In this document: piece after piece, positions 38,451-48,265 of the stretch
How positions within the stretch are numbered: the first letter of the stretch is position 1
Layout of the letters: each line of letters starts with the position of its first letter
The notes under the pieces: model-generated
Databases searched by the model: none
What the model saw: only the letters and a program-made list of their open reading frames with translations
Told to the model about the DNA's origin: nothing
Source of the DNA: Candidatus Woesearchaeota archaeon
GTDB lineage: Archaea > Nanobdellota > Nanobdellia > SCGC-AAA011-G17 > JACPIM01
Length of the DNA: 64,000 nucleotides
Direction of reading: 5' to 3'
Assembly (NCBI GenBank): GCA_964457785.1
Contig: CAYWEX010000001.1
Coordinates: forward strand, 54,477 to 118,476
Position numbers and translations under genes: made by a program

Positions 38451-38843
38451 ATGGCTTTAGTTACACAGAATCCAGAGGATATAATTTCTGATATTAACAG
38501 TAAAATTAGAAGTCTGGAAAACAAGAACAGCATGCTAACTGAACATCTTTTAACTGTTAACCAAAACAGCATTGAAGAATATAAAAGATTAGGCAAAGAA
38601 ATAAGCAATTTGAGTTCAGAAATAAGAAAATTAAAAGATGAATTGTTTAATGTTAAACAGGTTTTAAATGGTTTTTTAAGAGAAACAGATTTTTTTGCGA
38701 AGAAAAATGATATTAAAATTTTGGAAAAGTATATTAATTTGTGGAACCCATTAGATTTTGTTACTGAAGATGAAATTGAAATGATTATTGAAAAGAAACT
38801 CGAGAAATTAAAAAATAAAAAGGTGAAAAATAATGCTGAATAA
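38451..38843 (+). CDS. coiled-coil protein
   Basis: 130 aa, heptad-rich. Divergent from the pilus ATPase gene. Confidence 0.4.
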   Translation: MALVTQNPEDIISDINSKIRSLENKNSMLTEHLLTVNQNSIEEYKRLGKEISNLSSEIRKLKDELFNVKQVLNGFLRETDFFAKKNDIKILEKYINLWNPLDFVTEDEIEMIIEKKLEKLKNKKVKNNAE

Positions 38844-39480
38844 TGGCGATATTTTAGGTAAGGTAGGAGAATTACAAAATAATGGATTTTCTAGCTCTCA
38901 AATTTATAATTCATTAAATAAAGCTGGTTATAACAGTGTTCAAATTGGTGATGCAATAAATCAAAAAAGACTAGTTGCTCAGGAAAGTGAAAGTGGATTA
39001 GAGGATGTGCCTGAGCCTGGATTAAAACCTTCTTTAATGGATGAACCTGAAAAACCAAGACAGGCTGAAGCAACTGAAAGCAGTTTTGGCGGAGGAAGTT
39101 TTTCTAATGTTAATTTTCAAGGAGATTTTCAAAATTCAAGAGCTGGAATGGATGATGTAGAAGCTTTGATTGAACAGATTATAGAAGAAAAATGGAAAAC
39201 AACAATAGAAAGGATGGGAAATTTAGATGTCTGGAAAGAAAAAGTAAAGACAGATGTTTCTTCTATTAAGCAAGAGTTAATAAGATTAGAGCATAGATTT
39301 GAAAATATTGAAAAAGCAGTTCTAGGAAAGATTTCACAATATGATAGAAATATAGTTAATATTGGAAATGAAATTAAAGTTTTGGAACAAGTATTTCAGA
39401 AAATAATCACGCCCTTGACAACAAATATTAAAGAATTAGGTAGAATTACAAAAGAACTGAAAGGGGAAACTGAAAAATAA
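38833..39480 (+). CDS. coiled-coil protein with acidic low-complexity N-terminal region
   Basis: 215 aa. 'DVEALIEQIIEEKWK...IKQELIRLEHRFENIEKAV'. Confidence 0.4.
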   Translation: MLNNGDILGKVGELQNNGFSSSQIYNSLNKAGYNSVQIGDAINQKRLVAQESESGLEDVPEPGLKPSLMDEPEKPRQAEATESSFGGGSFSNVNFQGDFQNSRAGMDDVEALIEQIIEEKWKTTIERMGNLDVWKEKVKTDVSSIKQELIRLEHRFENIEKAVLGKISQYDRNIVNIGNEIKVLEQVFQKIITPLTTNIKELGRITKELKGETEK

Positions 39481-39484
39481 TTAT

Positions 39485-40012
39485 TTATTTTGTTGGATAA
39501 CCGACGCGTCTGACTACTTCTCCAACAATAATTAACATTATTAAAAGACCAAGAATTTTTGGATGCAGAATAGTTCGTTTTAACAAAGACAAAACTCCAA
39601 TATCACCTGATCCTGGATACTGCAATATTGATGGACCGAAAACTTGAGTTACTGAAAACAAGAATATTAAAGCAATTCCACCAATTGTGACTCCAATTAC
39701 AACTGCATTTTCTTCTGCTGTTGATTTTATAAACGCAGGATCAATACCTAAGATCATGAAACTCATTATTAATAATAAACCAGCTACCACAAAAATAACA
39801 AACCAAGGAGTAGCTACTTCTATAATTTGACGAGCTTCTGGAACAACTATAAACAAAATTGTGACTGCAAAGGCGATTAAAGAATTTAAAGGCTTATTCT
39901 CTGAAAATAGTTTTATTTTAGTTAAAATAGCAAAAAATATAGAAAAAATAAAAATAAAAATAACTATTGGCATAAAAAAATTCAAAAGATTAGTTGAAAG
40001 TACTGTTGCCAT
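39485..40012 (-). CDS. polytopic membrane protein, tandem paralog 1 of 3
   Basis: 175 aa. Shares N-terminal pattern and TM layout with the two upstream genes. Confidence 0.45.
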   Translation of the reverse strand: MATVLSTNLLNFFMPIVIFIFIFSIFFAILTKIKLFSENKPLNSLIAFAVTILFIVVPEARQIIEVATPWFVIFVVAGLLLIMSFMILGIDPAFIKSTAEENAVVIGVTIGGIALIFLFSVTQVFGPSILQYPGSGDIGVLSLLKRTILHPKILGLLIMLIIVGEVVRRVGYPTK

Positions 40013-40013
40013 T

Positions 40014-40580
40014 TTATCGAGTTCCTCCAGATCCTCTCAATCCCAAATCATTCCCTAATTCTTTTATTTTCTTCCACCAGTCTGTTGATTCTGAAGATGT
40101 TAAATAAATTACTATTATAATTCCACCAATAAATAACAATGTTGCTCTTGTCTGATAATCATATAATAAATCAGTTAAAAATAAAGGCATTACAAATCCG
40201 TAACCTAATAAGACATCTGAACTTAAAGATAAAATTACAAAAATTGCTGCTATGATAAATGCTAAAATTGCAGCTGCATTTTGAAAACCCTGCAGTGCGC
40301 CACCAAAAGTTCCTAAAATTAATAAAAACATCAAAGAAATTATCAAGAACATGGCAATATTTGGCAAAAACCTATTAAGCACTTCAATGAAAAATGGATT
40401 TCTTATTGCAAGAAATGCCAAGACTAAAGAAACTATTAAATCAATATTTTTTTTATTATTGCCAAACAATTGGATTTTTTGGAGAACTCCAAATGTTAAA
40501 GTGAACACTAACAGAAAAGGCATTGCTATATCAAATACACCAATTGATTCAAATGATGTTATAATATCGTAGAGAGACAT
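40014..40580 (-). CDS. polytopic membrane protein, tandem paralog 2 of 3
   Basis: 'MSLYDIITSFESIGVFDIAMPFLLVFTLTFGVLQK' parallels 'MPSPLEIAVNFLKDFGFFDVVLPFLLVFTIVFAVLEK'. Confidence 0.45.
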   Translation of the reverse strand: MSLYDIITSFESIGVFDIAMPFLLVFTLTFGVLQKIQLFGNNKKNIDLIVSLVLAFLAIRNPFFIEVLNRFLPNIAMFLIISLMFLLILGTFGGALQGFQNAAAILAFIIAAIFVILSLSSDVLLGYGFVMPLFLTDLLYDYQTRATLLFIGGIIIVIYLTSSESTDWWKKIKELGNDLGLRGSGGTR

Positions 40581-40592
40581 TTTTCTTCTTTT

Positions 40593-41174
40593 TTATGAAC
40601 GACCTTGTTGCCCTTCAGCTCCACCCGGGAAAGCATCCAAGACATAAAGTATTACTAAAATAATTATTCCTAAAAAGACAATTCCTGAAAATGCCGGACC
40701 TGTAAACCAGTTTTCCTGAACATAATCCCAAATCACTCTTAACCAAGAATCGCCATTATCTGATTCTATTGCCCCTAAAAAAATTAGTGAAATGCCAATA
40801 ATCAAGAATAAAACTAAAAAATATTTTGTATATTTATAATTATTAAAAGAAAACTCGCCTGTGCCCATGAAACTTCCCATCAACAACATGAAACTTATTA
40901 TAACAATTAAAACTAGAGTTACCATTGGTAAGGATTGCTGAAGCACTGCAACGACATTGCTTGCTGCAACAACAAACAACGCAATTGAAAATGCAACCAT
41001 AGCATCAATATTTTTCTTTGGCTTGTCTTCACCACCAACTTTTTCCTTACCCAAAATCATAGTTTTTTCTAGAACTGCAAAAACTATTGTAAAAACAAGC
41101 AAGAATGGAAGAACTACATCGAAAAAACCAAAGTCTTTTAAAAAATTAACTGCTATTTCCAATGGCGAAGGCAT
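40593..41174 (-). CDS. polytopic membrane protein, tandem paralog 3 of 3
   Basis: 193 aa. See previous entry. Confidence 0.45.
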   Translation of the reverse strand: MPSPLEIAVNFLKDFGFFDVVLPFLLVFTIVFAVLEKTMILGKEKVGGEDKPKKNIDAMVAFSIALFVVAASNVVAVLQQSLPMVTLVLIVIISFMLLMGSFMGTGEFSFNNYKYTKYFLVLFLIIGISLIFLGAIESDNGDSWLRVIWDYVQENWFTGPAFSGIVFLGIIILVILYVLDAFPGGAEGQQGRS

Positions 41175-41232
41175 AAATTTAAAAAGATTAACTTACTATA
41201 TAAAGGTTACGTCAGTATATTCTAAAACACTT

Positions 41233-41403
41233 ATGGAAGAAATTACAGAATCAGAAAGAAGAATTTTTGAACAAAGAGAATTATTAGAAGAAAGGCTGAA
41301 TTTTCTTGAAAGCAGAAAGAGAAAAATAAGAAATAATGTCAGAATTGAAGAAATTGAAATTAGAAAAGAACATAATTGGAAGAGTTTAGAGAAAAGAGAT
41401 TAG
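41233..41403 (+). CDS. possible small charged helical protein (56 aa)
   Basis: 'MEEITESERRIFEQRELLEERLNFLESRKRKIRNN...'. The longer track ORF 40957..41403 overlaps a minus-strand gene and is unlikely. Confidence 0.2.
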   Translation: MEEITESERRIFEQRELLEERLNFLESRKRKIRNNVRIEEIEIRKEHNWKSLEKRD

Positions 41404-41549
41404 GTGGAGAATATATTGTTAAAGCTAATAGCTTAATTTGGAATATTAATAGAAAAATAAGCACAATTTATACAAGATTAAGTGATTTATCTATAGATCA
41501 ACAAAATATAGATAGTGCCAGAGAATATCTTAGAGGAATGCCTTAAAAT

Positions 41550-41843
41550 TTATTGCTGCTGCTGTTCAAGTTCTTTTATTTCTCTGTCATCGAAAGAAGG
41601 AATAGCTGCTCGGCTAATAATCATAATTCCACCAATTGCTTTTACTAACTGGTGCGGAACAATAACGCCCTTAGCTCCACCAATAAGTTGAGTTAAAGCA
41701 GAGTTTTTTGTTGCCTTTATTTTCCAACCAAAAATCTTAGAAGTAGTAATGATGCTTTCTTCTACATCACCAAAATAGTCTCCTTGGTCTGTAAAAACCT
41801 TCATTTCATAAATATCACTTACTTTTTTTATTGCTAAAGCCAT
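41550..41843 (-). CDS. PRC-barrel domain protein
   Basis: 97 aa. 'KVFTDQGDYFGDVEESIITTSKIFGWKI...'. Second PRC-like gene at 60848..61111. Confidence 0.5.
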   Translation of the reverse strand: MALAIKKVSDIYEMKVFTDQGDYFGDVEESIITTSKIFGWKIKATKNSALTQLIGGAKGVIVPHQLVKAIGGIMIISRAAIPSFDDREIKELEQQQQ

Positions 41844-41902
41844 GTTAATAACCTATTTACATTGCGGAAACCTTTTAAGTATTTAAATATTTTTGTTTTT
41901 CA

Positions 41903-42568
41903 ATGATTAAATACAAAAATCTATACTTGATAGGTACTTCACACATATCAAGAGAAAGTGTAGAAGAAGTTGAAAAGACTATCTTAAAAGTCAAACCTAG
42001 ATTTGTTGCCTTAGAGTTAGACAAGAGAAGACTTAGACTTTTAGAAGACAAAACCCAAAGCAGATTAAGATTAAGAGATGTTAAAAGCCTTGGAATTAAA
42101 GGATTTTTATTAAATTTGATAGGAGCCTGGTTTGAAAAAAGGATGGGAAAAAAAGTCGGAATAGAACCTGGGTCTGAAATGAAAAAAGCAATTGAATTAT
42201 CAAGACAATTTAATATTCATCTGGTTTTAATTGACCAGGATATTAAGTTTACAATAACTAAATTCTTATCAAGGATTACAAGAAGGGAAAAATTAAAGTT
42301 TTTAAAAGACTTAATTTTTAGCAGGGAAGATGTATCTTTGGACATAAAAAAAGTACCAAATCAAAAAGAAATAAGAAAAATAATAACAAAAATAAAAAAG
42401 GATTATCCTTCATTTTATTTAACAATAATTAAAGAGAGAAACGAATATATGGCACAAAATCTTTATAATTTAATGCAAAAGTATCCTGAAAACAATATTG
42501 TTGGTGTAGTTGGTGCAGGACATGAGAAAGAAATAGTTGGTGAGATAAAATTACAAGAAAAAATTTAA
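41903..42568 (+). CDS. TraB/PrgY/GumN-family protein
   Basis: 'LYLIGTSHISRESVEEVEKTI...' and C-terminal 'VVGAGHEKEIVGEI' characteristic of the TraB family. Confidence 0.65.
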   Translation: MIKYKNLYLIGTSHISRESVEEVEKTILKVKPRFVALELDKRRLRLLEDKTQSRLRLRDVKSLGIKGFLLNLIGAWFEKRMGKKVGIEPGSEMKKAIELSRQFNIHLVLIDQDIKFTITKFLSRITRREKLKFLKDLIFSREDVSLDIKKVPNQKEIRKIITKIKKDYPSFYLTIIKERNEYMAQNLYNLMQKYPENNIVGVVGAGHEKEIVGEIKLQEKI

Positions 42569-42573
42569 TAATC

Positions 42574-43296
42574 TTGATTATTGCAGCTATTTTAAGCGGT
42601 TTTGTTTTTGGCTTTGATGACAAGGAAGTTAGATTTATTTTTTCAAACTGGTTTTTGAATTTCCTGAAATTTATATTTTTTAGCGCTATTGCTTTGGGAG
42701 TTTATGCAGCAGCACAATATTTTGTTGCAGATAAATATGGCACTAGAGTAGATTATAGTCTTTGGGGAGTACAAAGATTTGGATATCATAAAGCAGCATA
42801 TGTTCACCCAATAAGATTTGGACCCTTATCAATCAAGAAATTCCCTCTTGGTATAATTTTACCATTATTAATTTCTTTTTTATCCTCAGGAGGATTATAT
42901 TTTGTTGGAATTATAGCTTCTGCATTTACAATAAATCCATTATATAGACTGGGAAGACTTTTCATGAAATTGACTGAATTTGAAGAAGCTAAGATTGCTG
43001 TTTCAGGACCAATGGCAAATATCTTACTAGCTATCATAATAAAAATGCTTAACTTAGATATTTTGAATGGTTTGGTTTTTGTTTGTTCAATAACAGCTGT
43101 CTGTTATATTCTTCCTTTACCAGGACTGGAAGGACCAAAAATTTTATTTGGATCTAGATTTTTATATATTTTTAGCTCTGCTTTTATTTTAATCAGTGCA
43201 TTTTTATTAAATTTCTTAAGCGGATTTTGGGTTTTGTTTTTAAGCCTTTTAATTGCTTTAGTTATTTTAGGACATTATTTTTACAAACACAGCTGA
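42574..43296 (+). CDS. polytopic membrane protein
   Basis: 240 aa, ~6 TM. No HExxH motif was seen. Confidence 0.4.
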   Translation: MIIAAILSGFVFGFDDKEVRFIFSNWFLNFLKFIFFSAIALGVYAAAQYFVADKYGTRVDYSLWGVQRFGYHKAAYVHPIRFGPLSIKKFPLGIILPLLISFLSSGGLYFVGIIASAFTINPLYRLGRLFMKLTEFEEAKIAVSGPMANILLAIIIKMLNLDILNGLVFVCSITAVCYILPLPGLEGPKILFGSRFLYIFSSAFILISAFLLNFLSGFWVLFLSLLIALVILGHYFYKHS

Positions 43297-43300
43297 AATT

Positions 43301-43972
43301 TTAAGAATTTTTAAGAATTTTTGCAGGACGCACACCACGCCAATCATGAGAGTTTTCAGGATGCATACTAAAACAAATGCCAACATAACGAGAATCAGCA
43401 GAAAAGAAGGGAACTGCTCTAGAAAAAGAATTAGAAAGATATTTTTGAATTGATTTTCTTGGAAGTCCTTGTGAGGTTGAATTATTTAACCAATCTTCTA
43501 AAATCTCTATATCATTCTTTTCTAAAGCAACATCTCCAATAAAAGTATCTTCATCTAAAGGCTCGGTTATTTTAATTAATTTTCCATTTACAAATTTTGG
43601 ATAAGATACTTGAAGAGTTCCAAACTCAAGAGAATATTCATGGTTTAACCATTCGCTTCGTTCGGGATCTCTTTTTGACAACCTTTCTTCTAGTAGATTC
43701 TCCAATCTTTTAGGATTAACTTTTTTCCCTAATTCATTAAAGGCTTTCCCAGTTCTGCACATTTTTAGAAATTCTACGAATAAATTTGGAGGTAGTATAA
43801 AACGCATATCATCAAAAATATTTCTTTGTTTCAAAAGTTCGTGAGTTTTTTTATAAGTATGATTATGATAGGTTACTTCTTCAGCTATTAATAAATCCGG
43901 GTGAGAAGCTGTTTCTGGAAGAATTAAATAGTTTGGAAGTTCTTTCTTATCTTCAGTTTTTAATTTTGCCAT
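43301..43972 (-). CDS. hypothetical protein, paralog of 44978..45658
   Basis: Shared motifs 'ILPETASHPDLLIAEEVT.H', 'FLKMC.TGKA.N.LG', 'SQGLPR' and 'GVRPAKIL'. Confidence 0.5.
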   Translation of the reverse strand: MAKLKTEDKKELPNYLILPETASHPDLLIAEEVTYHNHTYKKTHELLKQRNIFDDMRFILPPNLFVEFLKMCRTGKAFNELGKKVNPKRLENLLEERLSKRDPERSEWLNHEYSLEFGTLQVSYPKFVNGKLIKITEPLDEDTFIGDVALEKNDIEILEDWLNNSTSQGLPRKSIQKYLSNSFSRAVPFFSADSRYVGICFSMHPENSHDWRGVRPAKILKNS

Positions 43973-43976
43973 TTTT

Positions 43977-44249
43977 TTAATAATAAATTAAACTAAACAA
44001 GCCTTTCTGCAATAACCATATTGCGAATATCCAAGTGAAACTAAAATAATATCCAAGTGCAGCCGAAAAGAAAAATACAGCTGTAATTAAATCAATTACA
44101 CTTGCTACATCTTTTATGAAAATTATACTTTTTATTGCCAAAAAAATAGCCAATAATAAACCAAGATCAACAAAAAAACCGAATTTAAGAATAAGTATTA
44201 CTAAAGCAGATACAATATCCAATAATCCTAAAAATTTCAACAAGACCAT
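43977..44249 (-). CDS. small membrane protein (3 TM)
   Basis: 90 aa, hydrophobic. Confidence 0.35.
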   Translation of the reverse strand: MVLLKFLGLLDIVSALVILILKFGFFVDLGLLLAIFLAIKSIIFIKDVASVIDLITAVFFFSAALGYYFSFTWIFAIWLLQKGLFSLIYY

Positions 44250-44286
44250 AGCGTGTTATTTGAATCACCTCTATTTTTAAAGTTTT

Positions 44287-44901
44287 TTATAAATTTATAA
44301 TTTTTCCTTTTTTTCCTACATTTAATACTCTTGTTTTTCCAACAATTTCTTCTATTCCTTCAGCTTCATGAACATGGCCACAAATTAATAAATCCGGCTT
44401 GAATTTATCAATTGCTTTTTTCAATCCCTTGCTGCCCTGAACAAATTTTGAAAATAATTCCATTTTAGTATCTGCTGGGTGAACATGAGTAACCATTATT
44501 TTTTTAGGCATATCTTTTATTTTTTCAAAACCTTTTTTCAGAGTTTCGTAAATTTCATCTTCTGTCAACTGAGACAAACCAACATTAGCACCACCACATC
44601 CAAAGAAACCAATATCGCCAAATTTCATATAATAACCATGCAGATTAGTAATATTGTATAATTCAGCCAGGAAATCTGCTGTTGCAATAGTTTCATGATT
44701 TCCAGGAAGAATAATTACTTTTTTATTTTTAGCAAGAAATGGACCAATAATCCCAGAAGTATCTTCTTCTTCAACTAAGTCACCATTTAATACAACTAAA
44801 TCGACATTTTCCTTTTCAGCTAATTCTGCTAATTTTTTAGCTGCTGATTTATCTCCGTGAAAATCCCCTGCAGCCAATAATTTGAATTGTTTTTTTGACA
44901 T
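44287..44901 (-). CDS. Calcineurin-like metallophosphoesterase (YfcE/MJ0936-like)
   Basis: 'LLAAGDFHGD', 'VVLNGDLV', 'ILPGNHE', 'VTHVHP' and 'ICGHVHE'. Start taken at 'MSKKQF'. Confidence 0.75.
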   Translation of the reverse strand: MSKKQFKLLAAGDFHGDKSAAKKLAELAEKENVDLVVLNGDLVEEEDTSGIIGPFLAKNKKVIILPGNHETIATADFLAELYNITNLHGYYMKFGDIGFFGCGGANVGLSQLTEDEIYETLKKGFEKIKDMPKKIMVTHVHPADTKMELFSKFVQGSKGLKKAIDKFKPDLLICGHVHEAEGIEEIVGKTRVLNVGKKGKIINL

Positions 44902-44977
44902 GTAACCTTTTAAGAAAAGTTTAATCAAAAAGCTTTCGGTTTAAGATTTTGGGAAAAGTTTAATCGAAACAAATTAA

Positions 44978-45658
44978 CTATTTCTGGTCTAAAATTTTTG
45001 CACGACGTACCCCGGGAGGATATTCTGAGGCTAATGGAAAGTCATCGCCACCTAAGCAGATGCCCCCGGCAGAATTAGAGAGCCAAACAGCAAGCCAAGC
45101 GACCCGCCCATCTTCGGGAGGCCTGTAAAATGATCTTCCACTAGATATTTTTGTTCTTGGTAATCCTTGGGAAGTTCTATCCCTCCCATTTATCCAACCT
45201 TCTAAATTTATTTTACTATTTTCAATTAATGTATCTTGATCTAAGTTTTCTGTAACTTCAATTAATTTTCCTGAAGAATCAAATTTATGATAAGCAACTT
45301 GTAATTGATTATCTTGTTTAGAATATCTATCATCGAGAAATTCATGAGCTACCCCCCCTCCCCTGGGGCGAGTTCTTGATTCAGAAATTTCTCCCAATAT
45401 TTGCTCAAGTTTTGCAGGATCAACTTGATTCCCCAACCCATTATGGGCTTTTCCGGACTTGCACATTTTTAAGAATTCAGCCAACAAATCAAAAGACAAC
45501 ATAAAACAATCTTCTTTTTCTAATAATTCTTTGTATTGATTATGATCATAACCATGATCTGTTACTTGTTCTGAGATTAACAAATCTGGGTGTGTTGTTG
45601 TTTGTGGTAAGATAATATATTTTGCTAAGTTTATCATTTCATTCATTAATAAAATCAA
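44978..45658 (-). CDS. hypothetical protein, paralog of 43301..43972, with GC-rich 3' third
   Basis: 'ILPQTTTHPDLLISEQVTDH', 'FLKMCKSGKAHNGLG', 'SQGLPR' and 'GVRRAKIL'. The 45000-45400 region is much more GC-rich than the surroundings. Confidence 0.5.
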   Translation of the reverse strand: MILLMNEMINLAKYIILPQTTTHPDLLISEQVTDHGYDHNQYKELLEKEDCFMLSFDLLAEFLKMCKSGKAHNGLGNQVDPAKLEQILGEISESRTRPRGGGVAHEFLDDRYSKQDNQLQVAYHKFDSSGKLIEVTENLDQDTLIENSKINLEGWINGRDRTSQGLPRTKISSGRSFYRPPEDGRVAWLAVWLSNSAGGICLGGDDFPLASEYPPGVRRAKILDQK

Positions 45659-45701
45659 TATTTATAAAATCGATTTATTACTTGTTTTAAGTAAATTAAA
45701 A

Positions 45702-46988
45702 TTATTTTTTCTTTACTGCCTTTATTTCCTTGAAACTAGTGTATTTATGAAGAACTTTTGGGATTTTTATTGAGCCGTCTTTTTGCTGGAAATTTTCCAA
45801 TATGCAAGCAATTGTTCTTTGTACAGCCAAGGCAGTATTATTTAATGTAAAGACAAATTCAGTTTCATTATTTTTTGTTTTATATTTGATGTTTGATCTT
45901 CTTGCCTGAAAATCTTTGCAGTTTGAACATGAAGCTAATTCCCTATATGTTTTTTGAGCAGGGAACCAAGCTTCCAAGTCTATTGTTTTAGCCGCAACAT
46001 TACCAGTATCTGCTGAACATAATAATGATAATCTATAAGGTAATTTTAAGGCTTTATAGATTTCTTCCAAGTTCTTTAAAATTAAACTATATTCTTTTTC
46101 AGCCTGAGCAGGAGTGCAGAAAACAAACTGCTCTATTTTCTCAAACTGGTGAACTCTGAAAATGCCTTTAGTATCTTTTCCATGAGCTCCAGCTTCTTTT
46201 CTGAAACAAGGGGAAATACCAGCAAATCTTATTGGCAATTCCTGTTCATTTAAAATATCATTTGAGTGATATGCATTTAATGCATGTTCTGCTGTACCAA
46301 TTAAGTATAAATCCTCATTATCAATTTTATAAATTGTATCTTCGAATGTTGAAAATGTTATTGCTCCAGATAATGCTGACTTTCTTAACATATAAGGAGG
46401 CTGCATTAAATTAAATTTCTTTTTGATTAAATGATCTAAAGCAAAATTTAACAAAGCCTGATTTAGTTTTACGAGTTCGTTTTTCAAGTAATAAAAACGA
46501 GCGCCTGCAACTTTGGATGCTTTTTCCAAATCCAAAATATTTAATGCTAATGCTAGATCTGTATGGTCTTTTGGAATGAATTTAAATTTTGGGATTTTTC
46601 CAAAGACTTTTATTGTCTTATTATCTTTTTCATCTTTGCCAACTGGAACAGATTTATCCAAAATATTTGGTAAATTGGATAATTTTTCATTTACATCATG
46701 CTCTAAATGATTATAGCTCTCTTCCAATTCTTTTATTTTATGAGGTAATTCTTTGATTTCTTTTATTTTATCAGAAATGTCTTTTCCTTCTTTTTTCAAT
46801 AAATTAATTTCTTCTGAGAGTATATTTCTTCTATGTCTTGAGTAATCAAGCTCTTTTTTAATCTTGATAGATGAGTCGTGATTTTTTATTATTTCATCTA
46901 TCCATTTTATTTTTTCAATTTGATTTCTATTTTTCAGATTATTTTTTACGACTTCTGGGTTACTTTTTATAAATTTTATGTCAAGCAT
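45702..46988 (-). CDS. serS: Seryl-tRNA synthetase
   Basis: N-terminal coiled-coil arm 'MLDIKFIKSNPEVV...' plus class II motifs 'FRKEAGAHGKDTKGIFRVHQFEKIEQF' and 'GNVAAKTIDLEAWFP'. The track ORF extends to 47078. Confidence 0.9.
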   Translation of the reverse strand: MLDIKFIKSNPEVVKNNLKNRNQIEKIKWIDEIIKNHDSSIKIKKELDYSRHRRNILSEEINLLKKEGKDISDKIKEIKELPHKIKELEESYNHLEHDVNEKLSNLPNILDKSVPVGKDEKDNKTIKVFGKIPKFKFIPKDHTDLALALNILDLEKASKVAGARFYYLKNELVKLNQALLNFALDHLIKKKFNLMQPPYMLRKSALSGAITFSTFEDTIYKIDNEDLYLIGTAEHALNAYHSNDILNEQELPIRFAGISPCFRKEAGAHGKDTKGIFRVHQFEKIEQFVFCTPAQAEKEYSLILKNLEEIYKALKLPYRLSLLCSADTGNVAAKTIDLEAWFPAQKTYRELASCSNCKDFQARRSNIKYKTKNNETEFVFTLNNTALAVQRTIACILENFQQKDGSIKIPKVLHKYTSFKEIKAVKKK

Positions 46989-47154
46989 AAGTTTAAAAAC
47001 TAATAAAGGAGCTTTTAAAATTTTTGGTAGAACATTTATAAAATAATTGTTTTCAAATATATTTTGAAAAAGAAACATTTAAATACAAGTTGCATTTTTT
47101 ACGCTTAATCATGAATTATAAAAAAGAGGTACTTATGGAAGAGGAGGAAGCTTA

Positions 47155-47433
47155 ATGGTGAAAGTACCGAAAGATATTTTTGAGGTTTTTTTTAGAAGAA
47201 AACCAGCAATGATTTTAGTGGCTTTAAGAAAGGGTGGCAAAAATAGATATGGTTCTGTATTAGCAAAAGAAGTTGATTGCACTTATTCTCATGCTGTAAA
47301 GATTTTACAGGAAATGGAGAAAGCAAAACTAGTTGATTTTGAAAAATCTGGAAGAATTAAGACAATCAAGTTAACTGTTAATGGGGATAGAATAGCAGAC
47401 CATATAGAGAAAATAAAAAATATTTTATTTTAA
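47155..47433 (+). CDS. winged-helix transcriptional regulator
   Basis: 92 aa. 'ILVALRKGGKNRYGSVLAKEVDCTYSHAVKILQEMEKAKLV' has the HTH plus wing pattern. Confidence 0.5.
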   Translation: MVKVPKDIFEVFFRRKPAMILVALRKGGKNRYGSVLAKEVDCTYSHAVKILQEMEKAKLVDFEKSGRIKTIKLTVNGDRIADHIEKIKNILF

Positions 47434-47494
47434 GCAATCTTTTTATAAAAAAGCTTGACCAAAAATATATAAAAAAAGAGATTTATTTTTTGAT

Positions 47495-48187
47495 TTAACC
47501 CAAGTAAGTTAATTCTTTCTTTTCTTGATTGGAAACAACTTTTTCCTTTTTAGCCATTAAATCTTTTATTTTAGCTTCAAATTTAACAGCTTTTTCTAAT
47601 AAAGGTTTGTAATCAACTTTTAATCCTAAATATTTATCTAAAACTTCTATGACTTTTGCTGCTCCTCTTGAATCTGGCAGAGCTGAATGAGTTTCTACAA
47701 ACAAAGAAAGAAGATTGTTACAATTTTTTAATAATAAGGCGCCGCTAACACCTAAAATAATTCCTTCTTTTAAAGGATTTAAATTTAATTTTTTATCTAT
47801 TTTTTTATTAGCTAAGTAATAAACATTTACATTTTCTGCATTTTGGCTTCCAATCCCTTCAATTGAAATTATTTCCTTAACTTTTAACTCTTCCTGTAGT
47901 TTACAAATCTCATTTTGCAATGCCCATTCAATTCCTGCAACAGAAGTTAAGGCGTGAAGAATAACTAAATTGTATTTTTTACTATAAAATATCCCAATTG
48001 GCTCTACAACTTGGCCTTGATGAACTGCTACAATTGGGGGCAATTCATCTACTCTTATTTTACCAATTTGAACTGCACTTAAATGCTCAATCAAGAATTC
48101 TGTTGTAATTGTACCAATTAGACCAAAGCCAGGAAAACCTGTTATTAATCTTGCTCCTTTTGGTTTCTTCTCTAATTCTAACCTCAT
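47495..48187 (-). CDS. PAC2-family protein (second paralog)
   Basis: 'ARLITGFPGFGLIGTITTEFLIEHL'. Paralog of 1182..1955. Confidence 0.5.
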   Translation of the reverse strand: MRLELEKKPKGARLITGFPGFGLIGTITTEFLIEHLSAVQIGKIRVDELPPIVAVHQGQVVEPIGIFYSKKYNLVILHALTSVAGIEWALQNEICKLQEELKVKEIISIEGIGSQNAENVNVYYLANKKIDKKLNLNPLKEGIILGVSGALLLKNCNNLLSLFVETHSALPDSRGAAKVIEVLDKYLGLKVDYKPLLEKAVKFEAKIKDLMAKKEKVVSNQEKKELTYLG

Positions 48188-48265
48188 TTTTAATCTTTTA
48201 AATTAGCAGATATTTATATATGTTTGCATAGATTTTTAAATTAAAATTTTATTGAATTGGAATAT

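Noticed and set aside
40957-41403. 148-aa plus-strand ORF
   Set aside because: Its 5' two-thirds overlap the membrane-protein gene 40593..41174 on the opposite strand. Only the 3' 56-aa portion (41233..41403) is plausibly coding, and that is reported at low confidence.
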